A DNA stretch of 64,000 nucleotides from Desulfobacterium sp. (GCA_016342325.1 JAEINR010000003.1:35106-99105), one strand, 5' to 3'; shown: positions 30,901 to 38,578, numbered from the stretch's first letter. Notes: a model not told the origin generated them from the sequence alone. Program-made: numbers and translations.

Positions 30901-33598
30901 CAATATAGTTGGGGCCTCTTACGCCCAAGTGCCTTGCAACCCTGGAGGCTTCGATATTGAGCAGCATGCCGTGGATCGGGTCATAGCCCGGGTTGTCTCC
31001 CTCAATCCCTTTCCGGAGCTGGGCAATGATTTTTTCCTTTTCCGGGTCAGTGAGGGCGGTATAGCTTTCCGTCTTTTCCAGCATGGCAATCACTTCGGGA
31101 AAGTGGTACTTGAATTGGAGATCGTTGCCAAGCTCGTTGCCCAGGCACGTGGCAACGATGACCGCGGTGCGTTCGGGATCGTTTACCCGAAGCTGGTTGT
31201 CTTCACCGAGATAACCCGCATCCGTTACTGCCTGGTAGGTGGCTTCCAGGAGCATCTGCTGGCTTCTGGAGAGTCTTGCCGCCTTTTCTTCGGTGTAGCC
31301 GAACCGCTCGCCGTCAAATTTGTAGTCATCCACAAGGCCGGCCATGAGGGTGTAGCTCTTGTCCTCGGCGGACTTGTCAGGATCAAAGTAGAGGTCGTGG
31401 CGCATGCGGGTGTCGGGGATTTCCTGGATGGCGTACCGTTTCTCAAGGATCGACTCCCACAGCTGATCCGGGGAGCTGGCTCCCGGCAGGATGCATCCCA
31501 TGCCGATGACGGCGATTTCGTCGTTGATGCTGTTGTGGTCGGAGGAGAAGATCTCCAGGGCCCCGAGATTCCTGAACAGGGTCTCTTTATCGTTGAACAG
31601 GGTTGAGTGGATGTCGTCAATGGAGATCGGGGCGTTGAAAAAAGCCAGGCTGTCCCCCACAAGAAAGTTGCCCAGCTCCTTGTGCTTCTCTCCTTCAAAA
31701 TAAGTGAAGTTTTCCACGCCCGGGTTCTTGAAATCCGGCAGAAACCCTTTGGCGCCGATGAGCAGGGAGCCGATGTTTCGTTTCTCAAAGGAGCGCTTCC
31801 GTTTCACCAGGGGCTCGCGGTTTCGGATCATCTCCTTTTCGGTCTTGATCATCATCCGGGCAAACTCGGTGGGGGCGGTTCTGGAAGCCAGGCCAACGCT
31901 CCCGCCGATCACCATGGTATCGTTCTCTTTTGAGATGATCTCCTGGTACTGCGCTTTGATGCTTCCGGTCTCGACAATTTCCTTGGAAAAGAGATAGGCG
32001 CTTCCCACCTGGATACCGATTTTGGTTCCCTTGGCCGCAAGGATGGATGAGAGACCTGAGATGAACCAGGATCCGAATGCGGTTGAGATGCCGCCGGCAA
32101 ACACAAGGCTTTGGCTTGATATGTCCATCTCTTTGGAATTGATCAGTTTGGACACGGCCGCTTCCCACAGGACAAGGCTTGACAGGGAGCCGATGTGACC
32201 GCCGGCCTCCTTGCCCTCAAGGATGAACCGGGTGCAGCCGTTCTTTTCCGCACTTTCCAGCATGGATAGGGACGGGGTGTGGAGATAGGTCTTGGTTCCC
32301 GCCTTTTCAAGCTCCTGGGCCTGGGAGGCGATGCCCCCTGCAAACAGGGCAAAGGGAACCTTGTATTGTTTGACCATGGCCAGATGCTTTTCAACGGCCG
32401 GATTAAAGGCCTCGATGCCGACCAGGCCTGCGCCAAAGGTTTTTACCTTTCCATGGGCGCCCTTGAGCATGGCATCGGCAAGGGGGGCGGGAAGGCTTCC
32501 CACTGCAAAGAAGGGCAGGGCGCCGGCTTCAAGCACCTGGGCGGCAAAATCGGCATTGTCGCTGATGTTTGCCATGGGGCCCTGGATCAGGGGCAGGGCC
32601 GTGCCGTGCTCCTTGGCAAGGGCCGTACCCGGGCGAATGGGATCATGGCTGTCAACCTGTTTGAGGCTCTCTCCGATGGTGGTGAAGAAGGTTGAGATCA
32701 TCTCTTCAAGATCCGTGGAAACAGATGCGAAATCCTTGGCAAATATGGCGTCCTGGCCTAGGAAGAAGAGGCTCTGGACCGGCGTGGCGTCCGTGTCCCC
32801 AAGGGATGTGATCTTTTTGGATATCTCCTGATAGATGGTCCGGCCGGCATCTTTGCCTTCGCCAAGAACGATGGCCTCTTCCTTGAGATCCTTGGCCACC
32901 TTTGTACCGAGCTTTGCAAACACCCTGTATCTTGTGTGGTTGTCAACGATGATCTCCAGGGAGTCGCCTTCGTCTACCGAGGAAAGAAGCTTTTTGAAGT
33001 TGTCCGAAAGCGGGCTCTCGTTGCTGAGCCACAACTGGCTGTCCAGGACCACGGCGCTTGCCCCTGCGGCAAACATGCCTGCGGCCGTGTACCGGCCCAC
33101 ACCACCGTGGATCACGATGGGAAGGACGCTGTTTTGAAGATACCATTGCATGAGGATAAAGGCGGAGTAATTGGAGACCCTTCCCCCCGCCTCGTTTCCC
33201 TTAAGAATCAGACCATGGGGTTCCACCGCCTCGATGGCATCGGTCATGTCAATGTCCCTGACCTCGAGGATGATCTTTGTTTCTGAAAATCCGTCAAGAT
33301 CAACCGGTGTCTCCCCCTTGCCAAGGGGGATGACCACACAGTTAAGATTGGGGGCGTTCAGGGCCTTGAGCCCCTCAAGGAGGGTCTCGTCCGGGCTCAC
33401 CAGCCGCACGCCAAAGAGAATGTCGGTCATGGCAAGGGTTTTTACCCGGTTAAGGATTTCCGTGTTTGAAAGAAATTCACTGTCAAATACGGGGAGGGCT
33501 CCGGCCCTGAACGCCCTGGAAAAGAAGTCCAGGTTAAAGACCTTGGACGGATTGTAGACCATTAACGGGAGTCTAGAATTGAAAAGTCTTGTTATCAT
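21965..33598 (-). CDS. Single-polypeptide Pfa-like iterative type I PKS/FAS: FabK/PfaD-like ER x2, KS, KS (CLF-like), malonyl-AT, KS, ACP x4, KR, PKS-type DH
   Basis: EAGGR/EAGGH TIM barrels; DAACASS/EAHGT/GHLLG; DASCASS without His pair; GHSVG + GAFH; SACAST/SHET/GHTLG; 4x EADLGIDTVKQVEIF; TGGARGIT..YTAAN; DHAM..DAMFQ. Confidence 0.92.
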   Translation of the reverse strand: MITRLFNSRLPLMVYNPSKVFNLDFFSRAFRAGALPVFDSEFLSNTEILNRVKTLAMTDILFGVRLVSPDETLLEGLKALNAPNLNCVVIPLGKGETPVDLDGFSETKIILEVRDIDMTDAIEAVEPHGLILKGNEAGGRVSNYSAFILMQWYLQNSVLPIVIHGGVGRYTAAGMFAAGASAVVLDSQLWLSNESPLSDNFKKLLSSVDEGDSLEIIVDNHTRYRVFAKLGTKVAKDLKEEAIVLGEGKDAGRTIYQEISKKITSLGDTDATPVQSLFFLGQDAIFAKDFASVSTDLEEMISTFFTTIGESLKQVDSHDPIRPGTALAKEHGTALPLIQGPMANISDNADFAAQVLEAGALPFFAVGSLPAPLADAMLKGAHGKVKTFGAGLVGIEAFNPAVEKHLAMVKQYKVPFALFAGGIASQAQELEKAGTKTYLHTPSLSMLESAEKNGCTRFILEGKEAGGHIGSLSSLVLWEAAVSKLINSKEMDISSQSLVFAGGISTAFGSWFISGLSSILAAKGTKIGIQVGSAYLFSKEIVETGSIKAQYQEIISKENDTMVIGGSVGLASRTAPTEFARMMIKTEKEMIRNREPLVKRKRSFEKRNIGSLLIGAKGFLPDFKNPGVENFTYFEGEKHKELGNFLVGDSLAFFNAPISIDDIHSTLFNDKETLFRNLGALEIFSSDHNSINDEIAVIGMGCILPGASSPDQLWESILEKRYAIQEIPDTRMRHDLYFDPDKSAEDKSYTLMAGLVDDYKFDGERFGYTEEKAARLSRSQQMLLEATYQAVTDAGYLGEDNQLRVNDPERTAVIVATCLGNELGNDLQFKYHFPEVIAMLEKTESYTALTDPEKEKIIAQLRKGIEGDNPGYDPIHGMLLNIEASRVARHLGVRGPNYIVDAACASSFTAIEAAQGELLAGEVDQVIVGGVNTHLTPESFVGFCKMGALSAKGSYPFDERADGFVLGEGAASFVLKRMKDALRDGDTVLGVIKAIGSSSDGKGKSIAAPKIQGQALALERCFEKMKSDITPADIGFIEAHGTSTIMGDQAELSTLKMIYGDTKAGISSVKSQIGHLLGGAGAAGLAKAIMAVKNGILPPNGQFEKLSHNHDLSDSALYILEEQRPWLPENNATRKAGISAYGFGGINYHMVVEEYRKDYTPVERTIFTDTDYDFNDDRIVVAGLGVCMPGAKNTQEFWQHLETGEKQLSPIPEERFSNDAYAAFDKKSIYHLPMVKAGVIKDFKFNNAKYRTPPKTVRSLEPGQLYGLDAADEAIETSGLGKYLTEGNRTGVILGTIPGERQNKNILRVRKNLVREIIQQTQGLAEGKADAVAGELIDAIRARIPENNEDTTPGLLSNIISGRIANHFGLNGANYVVDASCASSVIALRNGARNLLFKDLDYVLAGGVDANLYPAVLMAFKRLGLLSDNECNFFDQRADGYVMGEGAAIHVLTTYKKAKEAGMTILAELNQIAIKSSAPDHLLAPSETTFVKTINECYQKNNTRKKDVDHLDLFAFSNVLGDMIEKQVAEKCFNHPVYCGNVKPQFGYFKAANPAVALAKLALMNQKRTVLPDFNYSAENSTMKDSTILKHCAGLTPVGKNRPMKIASNVNGIGGNHCHMLITTLPAALTGERKFNGTAVSTAAQENFQTPATETTVSYSADGDGKKQRMVALLSGQGAQRPGMMKDLYDKDSVIRAFMDQGEAIFVKERGYSLLEIMFGNDERLNLTENTQPAVFLSSAALFERLSAQGFSPDLFIGHSVGEYTALFCSGMLNFDPAMRLIIKRSELMKQASLKHPGKIMVVFRNEKETASFIRKSFLSDIYITNKNSENQTAVSGNAEAIKNFCSYLSENHVVYKKLNLSGAFHTPLFSEAAQELRDFLDTITFNETRFGRVISNVTATPYPENRRAVKDLLAKQITNPVEFIRSIESVYSAGKTHFIEIGPSRLLTNLLKNINIAEYQTAVTVDAKKGEVESFKECRNHLKSFNSIFTRKPALPETTNAPSTVAVLARDEKSTRISTDDDFAAFKMKNQDITDKLLHDEFLRQKRNTAIEAVERFDFTTEPIVISGVSVGLPGKAKRVFAADNFDQILAGTNFIEPLDLEDQKRITDKNITRLFKQPDGNARFVEITRTEDVIHLAGQLGYFDLTDEYGIKAQYDISMSLAVAAGIEALKDAGIPLVMQYKKASTGTRMIPDGFALPKEMQDDTGVIITSLFPNSETLINEMEKYLYDRLYLKPYEEFENIYYYLMEKIQDIAVKEEITDWFFKIKSRKRSDLGPYKFDRNFLSNHCPLGAAHLAQIIRAKGPNTLVSSACASTTQAMGIAEDWIRVGRCKRVIVVGGENATSSAQNQWVGTGFLALGAATVKKRVSEAAKPFDAERNGTILGSGAVGLIVERESTVKARGMNGQAEILGTHMANSAYHTFNIDVPHMSHEMKRFVDIVEKRHGLKVEDYADKLLFMSHETYTPARGGSADAEVTALRTTFKDHLSKVAISNTKGFTGHTLGAAVEDVVLVKALQKRKAPPIANLKNIPDHFKDLNFTNTGAIDAEYGLHLAAGFGSHFAFVFIKRIQENEFENNAAYLGWLQRISETDTPELKIIDNTLCVVDGETNPVPKVLEVTAPQVEAIAPPLAAPALPSQAGPGPLSIIKEIIAEQTGYTTDMLEDDLDLEADLGIDTVKQVEIFARTAGKFGFSVPEDLKLRDLNTIAKLAAYVGQKAGVTAIAKDAPGADDGAGDAAMDDAIKQIIAEQTGYTTDMLEDDLDLEADLGIDTVKQVEIFAKAATHFGLAVPEDLKLRDLNTIAKLGAYFSTTVTTSDTPTAPAAAPVVPAAPPAGSKTMDTVKEIIAEQTGYTTDMLEADLDLEADLGIDTVKQVEIFAKASTHFGLTVPEDLKLRDLNTIAKLADYLDTMAGPDDNDTPPKGGGDKKNSKEKGTYEPAGPVTTIQEIIAEQTGYTTDMLDADLDLEADLGIDTVKQVEIFAKVSAKFGLTVPEDLKLRDLNTAAKLAHYIAGRLDTGAPAPKNGKSAPVAPIAPVENPVNTPAAADPLSLVKRMVMGIKETPVAEPKANPFSNKTFVVTLDSHGFADTAIQAIKAQKGKVITLGAGKKADTTVNLGDTASVEACVKQLKTRHKKINGLLHFAHLDHYFSDTAMDATYVNTAVTSMFVLIKGLYDKLGQPGSLIASLGFDSIVFPYGKNCGRIHPGFAGLSGLLKTVTKEMAQTRVKIVDFTAESHGADVEKTIATFIDELSSDCDRCEVGYRDGKRYVLTMDQQVPETKAPMIEKNTTLLVTGGARGITFEILKQVVKTYKTDLVILGSSDIFGMDDAFLATDLDQAGIMALVKKEMPKGRPLEIRKRVDRIVNMRESAANIDALRSLGVHVTYHAADVTDPDAVNKAVASHDTIHGVIHAAGLEMSQFIPKKELNAFQRVVDVKVKGMLNLLSAMASREYGFFCTFSSVTARFGNEGQADYTAANDLIAKMALRQQQLFPERNFKVYDWTAWSGAGMATNPTVITVLKERGLEFLPLDQGIGFFMADLLDRTEVEVIISGLDYSFDRDGLLGEPNNPAFPFLDDMVSKDDARIEFRRTLDLKRDLFLLDHAMEDVPVFLGATGIETLAEAATALAGDQEMLTELSDFSIPYGIKILKGRPKELEVTGNRKADGLFDCTITSRFKNPKGVVMGDPTRHYQGTLKFQESPLGNKRVELPEFNPVKVDGTLGEIVYHPRRLFMDGLFNTITDVNSFDETTLVTTVKDASQKEFFTGVTEPNLQSPVVLVDAMFQTGGLFEFFTSSQTVLPYDIKTMKFYQKPEKDQEYYCLTTKTASDKETNTYQLQLVDKEGNLFVEVIDFKMVKLNKLAQEDRIDHRVTYGVPSPA
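24551..25665 (-). repeat. Four tandem near-identical ACP-coding repeats inside the megasynthase
   Basis: Repeated DNA AGATCTCCACCTG..ACCGTGTC.ATGCCCAGATCCGCCTCAAG at about 300-bp spacing with Pro/Ala-rich linkers. Confidence 0.92.
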
Positions 33599-33755
33599 AG
33601 CAATGTATCTCCATTATATGTCGCTTTAAATGAGGCACTCCGTAAAAAATGGGGTGTTCCCTCTTGCTTGCGTGTTCTTTATTTTTGGGATCCAGGACAA
33701 AGGCATGGATCAATCGGGGCTTTCCACCCCTGGGTGTAATAATGTTGCAACTTAA

Positions 33756-33772
33756 TACAACTATTGTGCCAA
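33756..33772 (-). promoter_or_regulatory. Putative sigma54 promoter of the megasynthase
   Basis: Minus strand TTGGCACAATAGTTGTA (canonical -24, TTGT variant at -12); about 160 bp upstream of the ATG, next to a divergent sigma54 activator. Confidence 0.55.
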
Positions 33773-33910
33773 GCTGACTTAAAATAAACATTGTCCCGAA
33801 ATCAAAGGGGTTTCTTTGGGGTTGCCTTGTCTCCTTTGGTGTGATAGCTGTGGGAGGGTATACATATAATGGACATGGCGTGTGCAATTTGTGCATGGGA
33901 CGGAGGAAGT

Positions 33911-35395
33911 GTGAAAAAAGAGAGATTGAGCAGTGAAGAGCGGGGGTTTTTCAGGATGGTCTACCATGCCGCCTTTGCCAACCCGTTCAGCGAGCTGAGG
34001 GAAAAGCTGGATCGTAAGATTGCGGGCCATTTTCCGGGACTTTCCAAGAGCGAGAGCGGTGACCGGTACATCCGGGAGATAGACATGCGGATCCGTCGCC
34101 TGGAGAAGGAGGGCAGGGGGCATCTTGACTCCTTCAGCGGCCAGGACAGGAGCATTATCAAGATTGTGTTTCTGTTTGATCTGTTTTACAAGTTCCGGGA
34201 CCGGTTTGACCGGCTCATCGTGGATCAGATCAAGGCCGGGGATGAATCTGTACCTGTTGTGTTTGCAGACGAGGCCATGGCCATTATCCGAAGACGGGGG
34301 ATTCCGGAAGAGACCATCCTCCACTATTTTGCCTTTTCCTACCAGCTGAGGCGGGCTTTTTTCTTCATCTCCCACTCCCTTGTGGGCAACAGCCAGTGCA
34401 TGAAGACCCTGCGACGCAATCTGTGGAATAATGTTTTTACCCACAATATCGATCTCTACGACCGGTACCTGTGGAACCGCATGGAGGATTTCTCAACCTT
34501 AATCCTGGGGGAGACCGGCACGGGAAAGGGAACTGCGGCCATGGCCATGGGCCGAAGCGGTTATATTCCTTTTGATTTGAAAAAGAGGCGGTTTTCCGTC
34601 AGCTTTACCCGGGCCTTCAGCTCGTTGAACCTGTCCCAGTTTCCCGAGGCCCTGCTGGAATCAGAGTTGTTCGGTCACAAAAAAGGGGCGTTTACCGGGG
34701 CGGTTGAGGACTACCAGGGTGTGTTTGACCGGTGCAGTCCCCACGGCTCCATTCTGCTGGACGAGATCGGAGAGGTGGCGGACCATGTGCAGGTCAAGCT
34801 GCTCCAAGTCCTGCAGGAACGGTTTTTCACCCCGGTGGGAAGCCATTCACAGTCCAGGTTCCAGGGCCGGGTCATTGCTGCAACCAACCGGTCTGTTTCC
34901 GCCATCCTCAACGGAGAGGTTTTCAGGGACGATTTTTATTACAGGCTCTGTTCCGACATCATCGAGGTGCCGCCGTTGCGGGAAAGAATCAGCCAGGACC
35001 CCACCGAGCTGGACGATCTTTTGGAGTTCACGGTGAAGCGGATGGCCGGTTCCGCCTCCGGGGAGCTGACCACCCGGGTGAAGCGGGTCATCAACAAAGA
35101 GCTCGGTCCGGATTACCGCTGGCCCGGAAATGTGAGGGAGCTTGAGCAGTGTGTGAGACGGGTGATGATGCGCAAAAGCTATGAAGGCCGGGAGCAGGCC
35201 GGAAAAAAAGATCTTGGGGAGCGGCTTGCCCAGGGCATCAAGGCCGGAAATATGGCGGTTTCATCCTTAATCGCCGGGTATTGCACCCTGCTGTACCGGG
35301 AGCACAATACCTATGAACAGGTGGCCAAAAGAACCGGGTTGGACAGGCGAACCGTAAAAAAATATATTGACGGTTTTAAGGATAATGTCGCATAA
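33911..35395 (+). CDS. Sigma54-dependent enhancer-binding protein with unrecognised N-terminal domain
   Basis: GETGTGKG, ESELFGHKKGAFTGA, LLDEIGE, WPGNVRELEQ, C-terminal HTH; GGAGG RBS before GTG 33911. Confidence 0.9.
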   Translation: MKKERLSSEERGFFRMVYHAAFANPFSELREKLDRKIAGHFPGLSKSESGDRYIREIDMRIRRLEKEGRGHLDSFSGQDRSIIKIVFLFDLFYKFRDRFDRLIVDQIKAGDESVPVVFADEAMAIIRRRGIPEETILHYFAFSYQLRRAFFFISHSLVGNSQCMKTLRRNLWNNVFTHNIDLYDRYLWNRMEDFSTLILGETGTGKGTAAMAMGRSGYIPFDLKKRRFSVSFTRAFSSLNLSQFPEALLESELFGHKKGAFTGAVEDYQGVFDRCSPHGSILLDEIGEVADHVQVKLLQVLQERFFTPVGSHSQSRFQGRVIAATNRSVSAILNGEVFRDDFYYRLCSDIIEVPPLRERISQDPTELDDLLEFTVKRMAGSASGELTTRVKRVINKELGPDYRWPGNVRELEQCVRRVMMRKSYEGREQAGKKDLGERLAQGIKAGNMAVSSLIAGYCTLLYREHNTYEQVAKRTGLDRRTVKKYIDGFKDNVA

Positions 35396-35553
35396 CAGAT
35401 AGCAAGATTTGGTGTGGCATTGTTGCAAGGGTTGGTTCGCCGGTAGCTCTCCCACGTAACCACTTATAAATGTTTGCACTTGAATTGATACTAATGCACC
35501 CGTTATAAAAGAAACGGGATCTATTCATATTCGAAAAGCGATAACTTGAAAGG

Positions 35554-36486
35554 GTGATATCCATGCTCAATTTTCTTCCAGGGATGTTAAAGGGTGGGCT
35601 CTCATTTATACTCTATCTTCTCAACACGGTAATCCTGTGCACCGTCCTGTGTTTTGTGGCCCTTATCAAGTTTATCGTTCGCATCCCCTTGGTTATCCGG
35701 GCATGCGACAGGGGGCTGATCACTATCAGCACCCTCTGGATCACCTTTAATTCATTGAATTCAGCCTTGTTTAATCGCATTCAGTGGGATGTCCGGGGGG
35801 TGGAGAACCTTGATCCCAAGGGCTGGTACCTGGTGGTTTCCAACCACCAATCCTGGGTCGATATCCTTGTGCTTCAAACGGTGTTCAACAAGAAGATCCC
35901 GTTCTTGAAATTCTTTCTGAAAAAAGAACTTATCTGGGTGCCGTTCCTCGGCCTTGCCTGGTGGGCCCTTGATTTTCCCTTCATGCAGCGATACTCAAGG
36001 AAGTTTCTGGAAAAGTATCCCCATCTGAAAGGAAAGGATCTCGAGAGCACCCGCAGGGCCTGTGAAAAGTTCAGGACCACGCCGGTGTCGGTGATGAATT
36101 TTGTCGAAGGCACACGGTTTTCGGAAAATAAGCACCAGGCCCAGGGATCCGGTTTTAAGCAGCTGTTGAAGCCAAGGGCCGGCGGCGTTGCCTTTGTGCT
36201 CGGCGCCATGGGCCACTGTCTTCACAAGGTGGTCAACGTGACCATTGTTTACCCGGACGGGGTCGACAACTTCTGGGGATTTATCTCGGGACGGGTGAGG
36301 CACATCATCCTGGATGTGGAAGTGTTGCCGGTGACCGAGGAGATCACCGGGGATTATTTCAACAATACTCGGTTCAAGCAGCATTTTTGTGCCTGGCTCA
36401 ACGACCTGTGGGAGGATAAGGATCGCAAGATCGAGGAGATCCTCGATGGTAACCGGTCGGGCCGCTCCACCGTCAGTGGGCGGTGA
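35554..36486 (+). CDS. PlsC-family acyltransferase, YihG-like
   Basis: SNHQSWVDI (HX4D), FLKFFLKKELIWVPFLGLAWWALDFPFMQRYS, FVEGTRF, LLKPRAGG. Confidence 0.88.
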   Translation: MISMLNFLPGMLKGGLSFILYLLNTVILCTVLCFVALIKFIVRIPLVIRACDRGLITISTLWITFNSLNSALFNRIQWDVRGVENLDPKGWYLVVSNHQSWVDILVLQTVFNKKIPFLKFFLKKELIWVPFLGLAWWALDFPFMQRYSRKFLEKYPHLKGKDLESTRRACEKFRTTPVSVMNFVEGTRFSENKHQAQGSGFKQLLKPRAGGVAFVLGAMGHCLHKVVNVTIVYPDGVDNFWGFISGRVRHIILDVEVLPVTEEITGDYFNNTRFKQHFCAWLNDLWEDKDRKIEEILDGNRSGRSTVSGR

Positions 36487-38578
36487 CCCGCATCTCCCAC
36501 CATCCCTTCTCCTTGTCCTGGCCGGGCTGGGTAAACCTGAGTTCCTTGATCTTGGCCCGTTTAAGGGTCTTTTCTATCTTGGTTTCCGAGTGGATTCCTG
36601 CCACTGTGGTGCCGGCGGTCAGCACGTTGGTGACATCGATCTCGGCATTCCCCGGGGTCTTCTTGGCCCAATCAACGAGTTGATCCCGCTCCAGGATAAA
36701 ATTTCCCAGTTTCCCTTTCTCGGTTTTGATGGTCTCTAGGATCTTTTGAAGCCTGTCTTCCAAAAACTCCACGGTTTCAAAGTTACTGTTCAGGTCCTCT
36801 TCGGCAGTGGCTGTCTTCTTTTTCAGCTGTTGGAGCCTGATCTTCATCTCCTCCAGTTCCTCCTGATCCTTGGATTTGTCCAGGGCGGCACTCTTGTCCG
36901 TGGTTTCCCGCTGGGCCGTCAGCAGGCGATCCTGGATATGGGCTAGATGGGAAGTGGTTTCCTGTTTCTCCTTGAGCTCGAGCTCAAGTTTTTCCTTATC
37001 CTCCTTGGAGAGAATAAGGGTCTTTCTACTTTGGGCAATGGCCGATTTGAGCTGTTCCATTTCTTTCTGGATAAAGATGTCCACCCCCACCTTCAACTTG
37101 GTGGGTTTTGACCGATCCGTGCCCACGCTCTCCGCATAGATTCCCATTTTGGAGGTGATCTCCGAGGCGATGATCTTGCCCTGGTTGATGATGCAGGCCC
37201 CGCTGTTCTCAAGGGTGGATTCAACGATCTCCTTGGTGGTATAGATGTCGCCCATGCAGAGGATTTTTGATTTGTGGATGAACTTTGCCCAGACATTTCC
37301 CTTGGCATAGATTACGGCCTCGTTGATGCCGCCGGCAATGCTCAAGTCCCCTTCGGCATGGATGATACCGCCGTCGATCTCCTCGGCCCGGATGCTTTCT
37401 CCTGTGACCTTGAAGCCGCTCTGGACGCATCCCTTGATCTTGACGTTTCCCTTGTAGTCGATATGGCCGGTCTCGTAATCCACATTCCCTTTGGCGATAA
37501 ATTCATCCAGCACGTCCACGATTCCGGACCAGGCGAGTTTCGGCTGGCCGGCGACCTTGGCAACGAGCTTCAACCCATCTTCGGACAGCTTGACTCCTTT
37601 GCCGTATTTCATCTTTATATCCTTGGCTGGAGGGAGGGTTGAGACCTCACCGAATACGTTTCTCCCGTCCCGGCCTTCCACAAGGGGTATTTTTTCCGCC
37701 AAAATCTCTCCGGCAGGCATCTTTGGAATTTCACCCCTCTCCTTGAAGTCAATGGCTCCCTTTTTATTAATTTTTCCCACCTTGAGGGTGTCGGCTTCAA
37801 AAAAGTATTTGATGGAGGCGTCAACCGGTTTCTGGGGTTTGATGCCCGTAGCGATCCTGAAGGGTTTTGTCTTAAAACCACTGGATTTGATGAAGCCGTT
37901 GATCAGGGTTTTATCCACAATGCCGAAGACAATGTGTTTTTCCGACAGCATCTCCTCGATCTCCTGGGCGGATATGGTATCGTCAAAGTCATCGGTCTTG
38001 GAGATAAATGCGGCAAGGGCATCCTGGGGAAGCATCAGGTTGATTCCGCCCTTCAGGGTTTCCGTGGTATATGAATTGTCAGGTTCTTCGGCTGAGTCCT
38101 TTTCCGGGTTTTGGCCGGGCTGCCCTGCCTGTTTCTTCTGGGCCTGGTGGAGCTCCCTCAGGCGGTTTTGCTCCTTGAGAATATAGTCCCGCTGGCGGGT
38201 GGTGATCATTCCGGCATCCATCAGTATATCCCCCAACAGCTTGGAGCGTTTGTGCCGGGTCATCTCCTGCTTTTGTTCATCCAGTGCCAGCTTGAGAAGA
38301 CCGTTGGAGATAAAGCCCTTTTCAATGGCAATGGTGCCGAATTTGACATCCTTGGTCCGGATATCCATGGCTCTGGATGCGGTGACAAGCCGTTTCATGT
38401 CAAGGTCTGAAACCAGCTCGTGCTCCAGCAGATACTCAAGAAATGAGCGGTCTGGCTGGCCGGTATTCCTGCTCGCGTTCCAGGCAGTGTCAAGGTCCTT
38501 TTGTTCGATGAGACCGTGTTTGAGGGCCAGCTGTCCAATGATGGGGTAGTGATTGTTTCTGTTACCGGATTCTGTCAT
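36473..38578 (-). CDS. FapA/DUF342-family protein with N-terminal MshEN-like repeats
   Basis: GNVDYETGHIDYKGNVKIKGCVQSGFKV and beta-helix segments; C-terminal coiled coil; three LGxxL..G.I..L.EQ-like motifs at the N-terminus. Confidence 0.8.
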   Translation of the reverse strand: MTESGNRNNHYPIIGQLALKHGLIEQKDLDTAWNASRNTGQPDRSFLEYLLEHELVSDLDMKRLVTASRAMDIRTKDVKFGTIAIEKGFISNGLLKLALDEQKQEMTRHKRSKLLGDILMDAGMITTRQRDYILKEQNRLRELHQAQKKQAGQPGQNPEKDSAEEPDNSYTTETLKGGINLMLPQDALAAFISKTDDFDDTISAQEIEEMLSEKHIVFGIVDKTLINGFIKSSGFKTKPFRIATGIKPQKPVDASIKYFFEADTLKVGKINKKGAIDFKERGEIPKMPAGEILAEKIPLVEGRDGRNVFGEVSTLPPAKDIKMKYGKGVKLSEDGLKLVAKVAGQPKLAWSGIVDVLDEFIAKGNVDYETGHIDYKGNVKIKGCVQSGFKVTGESIRAEEIDGGIIHAEGDLSIAGGINEAVIYAKGNVWAKFIHKSKILCMGDIYTTKEIVESTLENSGACIINQGKIIASEITSKMGIYAESVGTDRSKPTKLKVGVDIFIQKEMEQLKSAIAQSRKTLILSKEDKEKLELELKEKQETTSHLAHIQDRLLTAQRETTDKSAALDKSKDQEELEEMKIRLQQLKKKTATAEEDLNSNFETVEFLEDRLQKILETIKTEKGKLGNFILERDQLVDWAKKTPGNAEIDVTNVLTAGTTVAGIHSETKIEKTLKRAKIKELRFTQPGQDKEKGWWEMRVTAH

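Noticed and set aside
35405-35430. Sigma54 promoter for the acyltransferase (TGGCATTGTTGCA)
   Set aside because: GG-to-GC spacing is 7, not the required 10.
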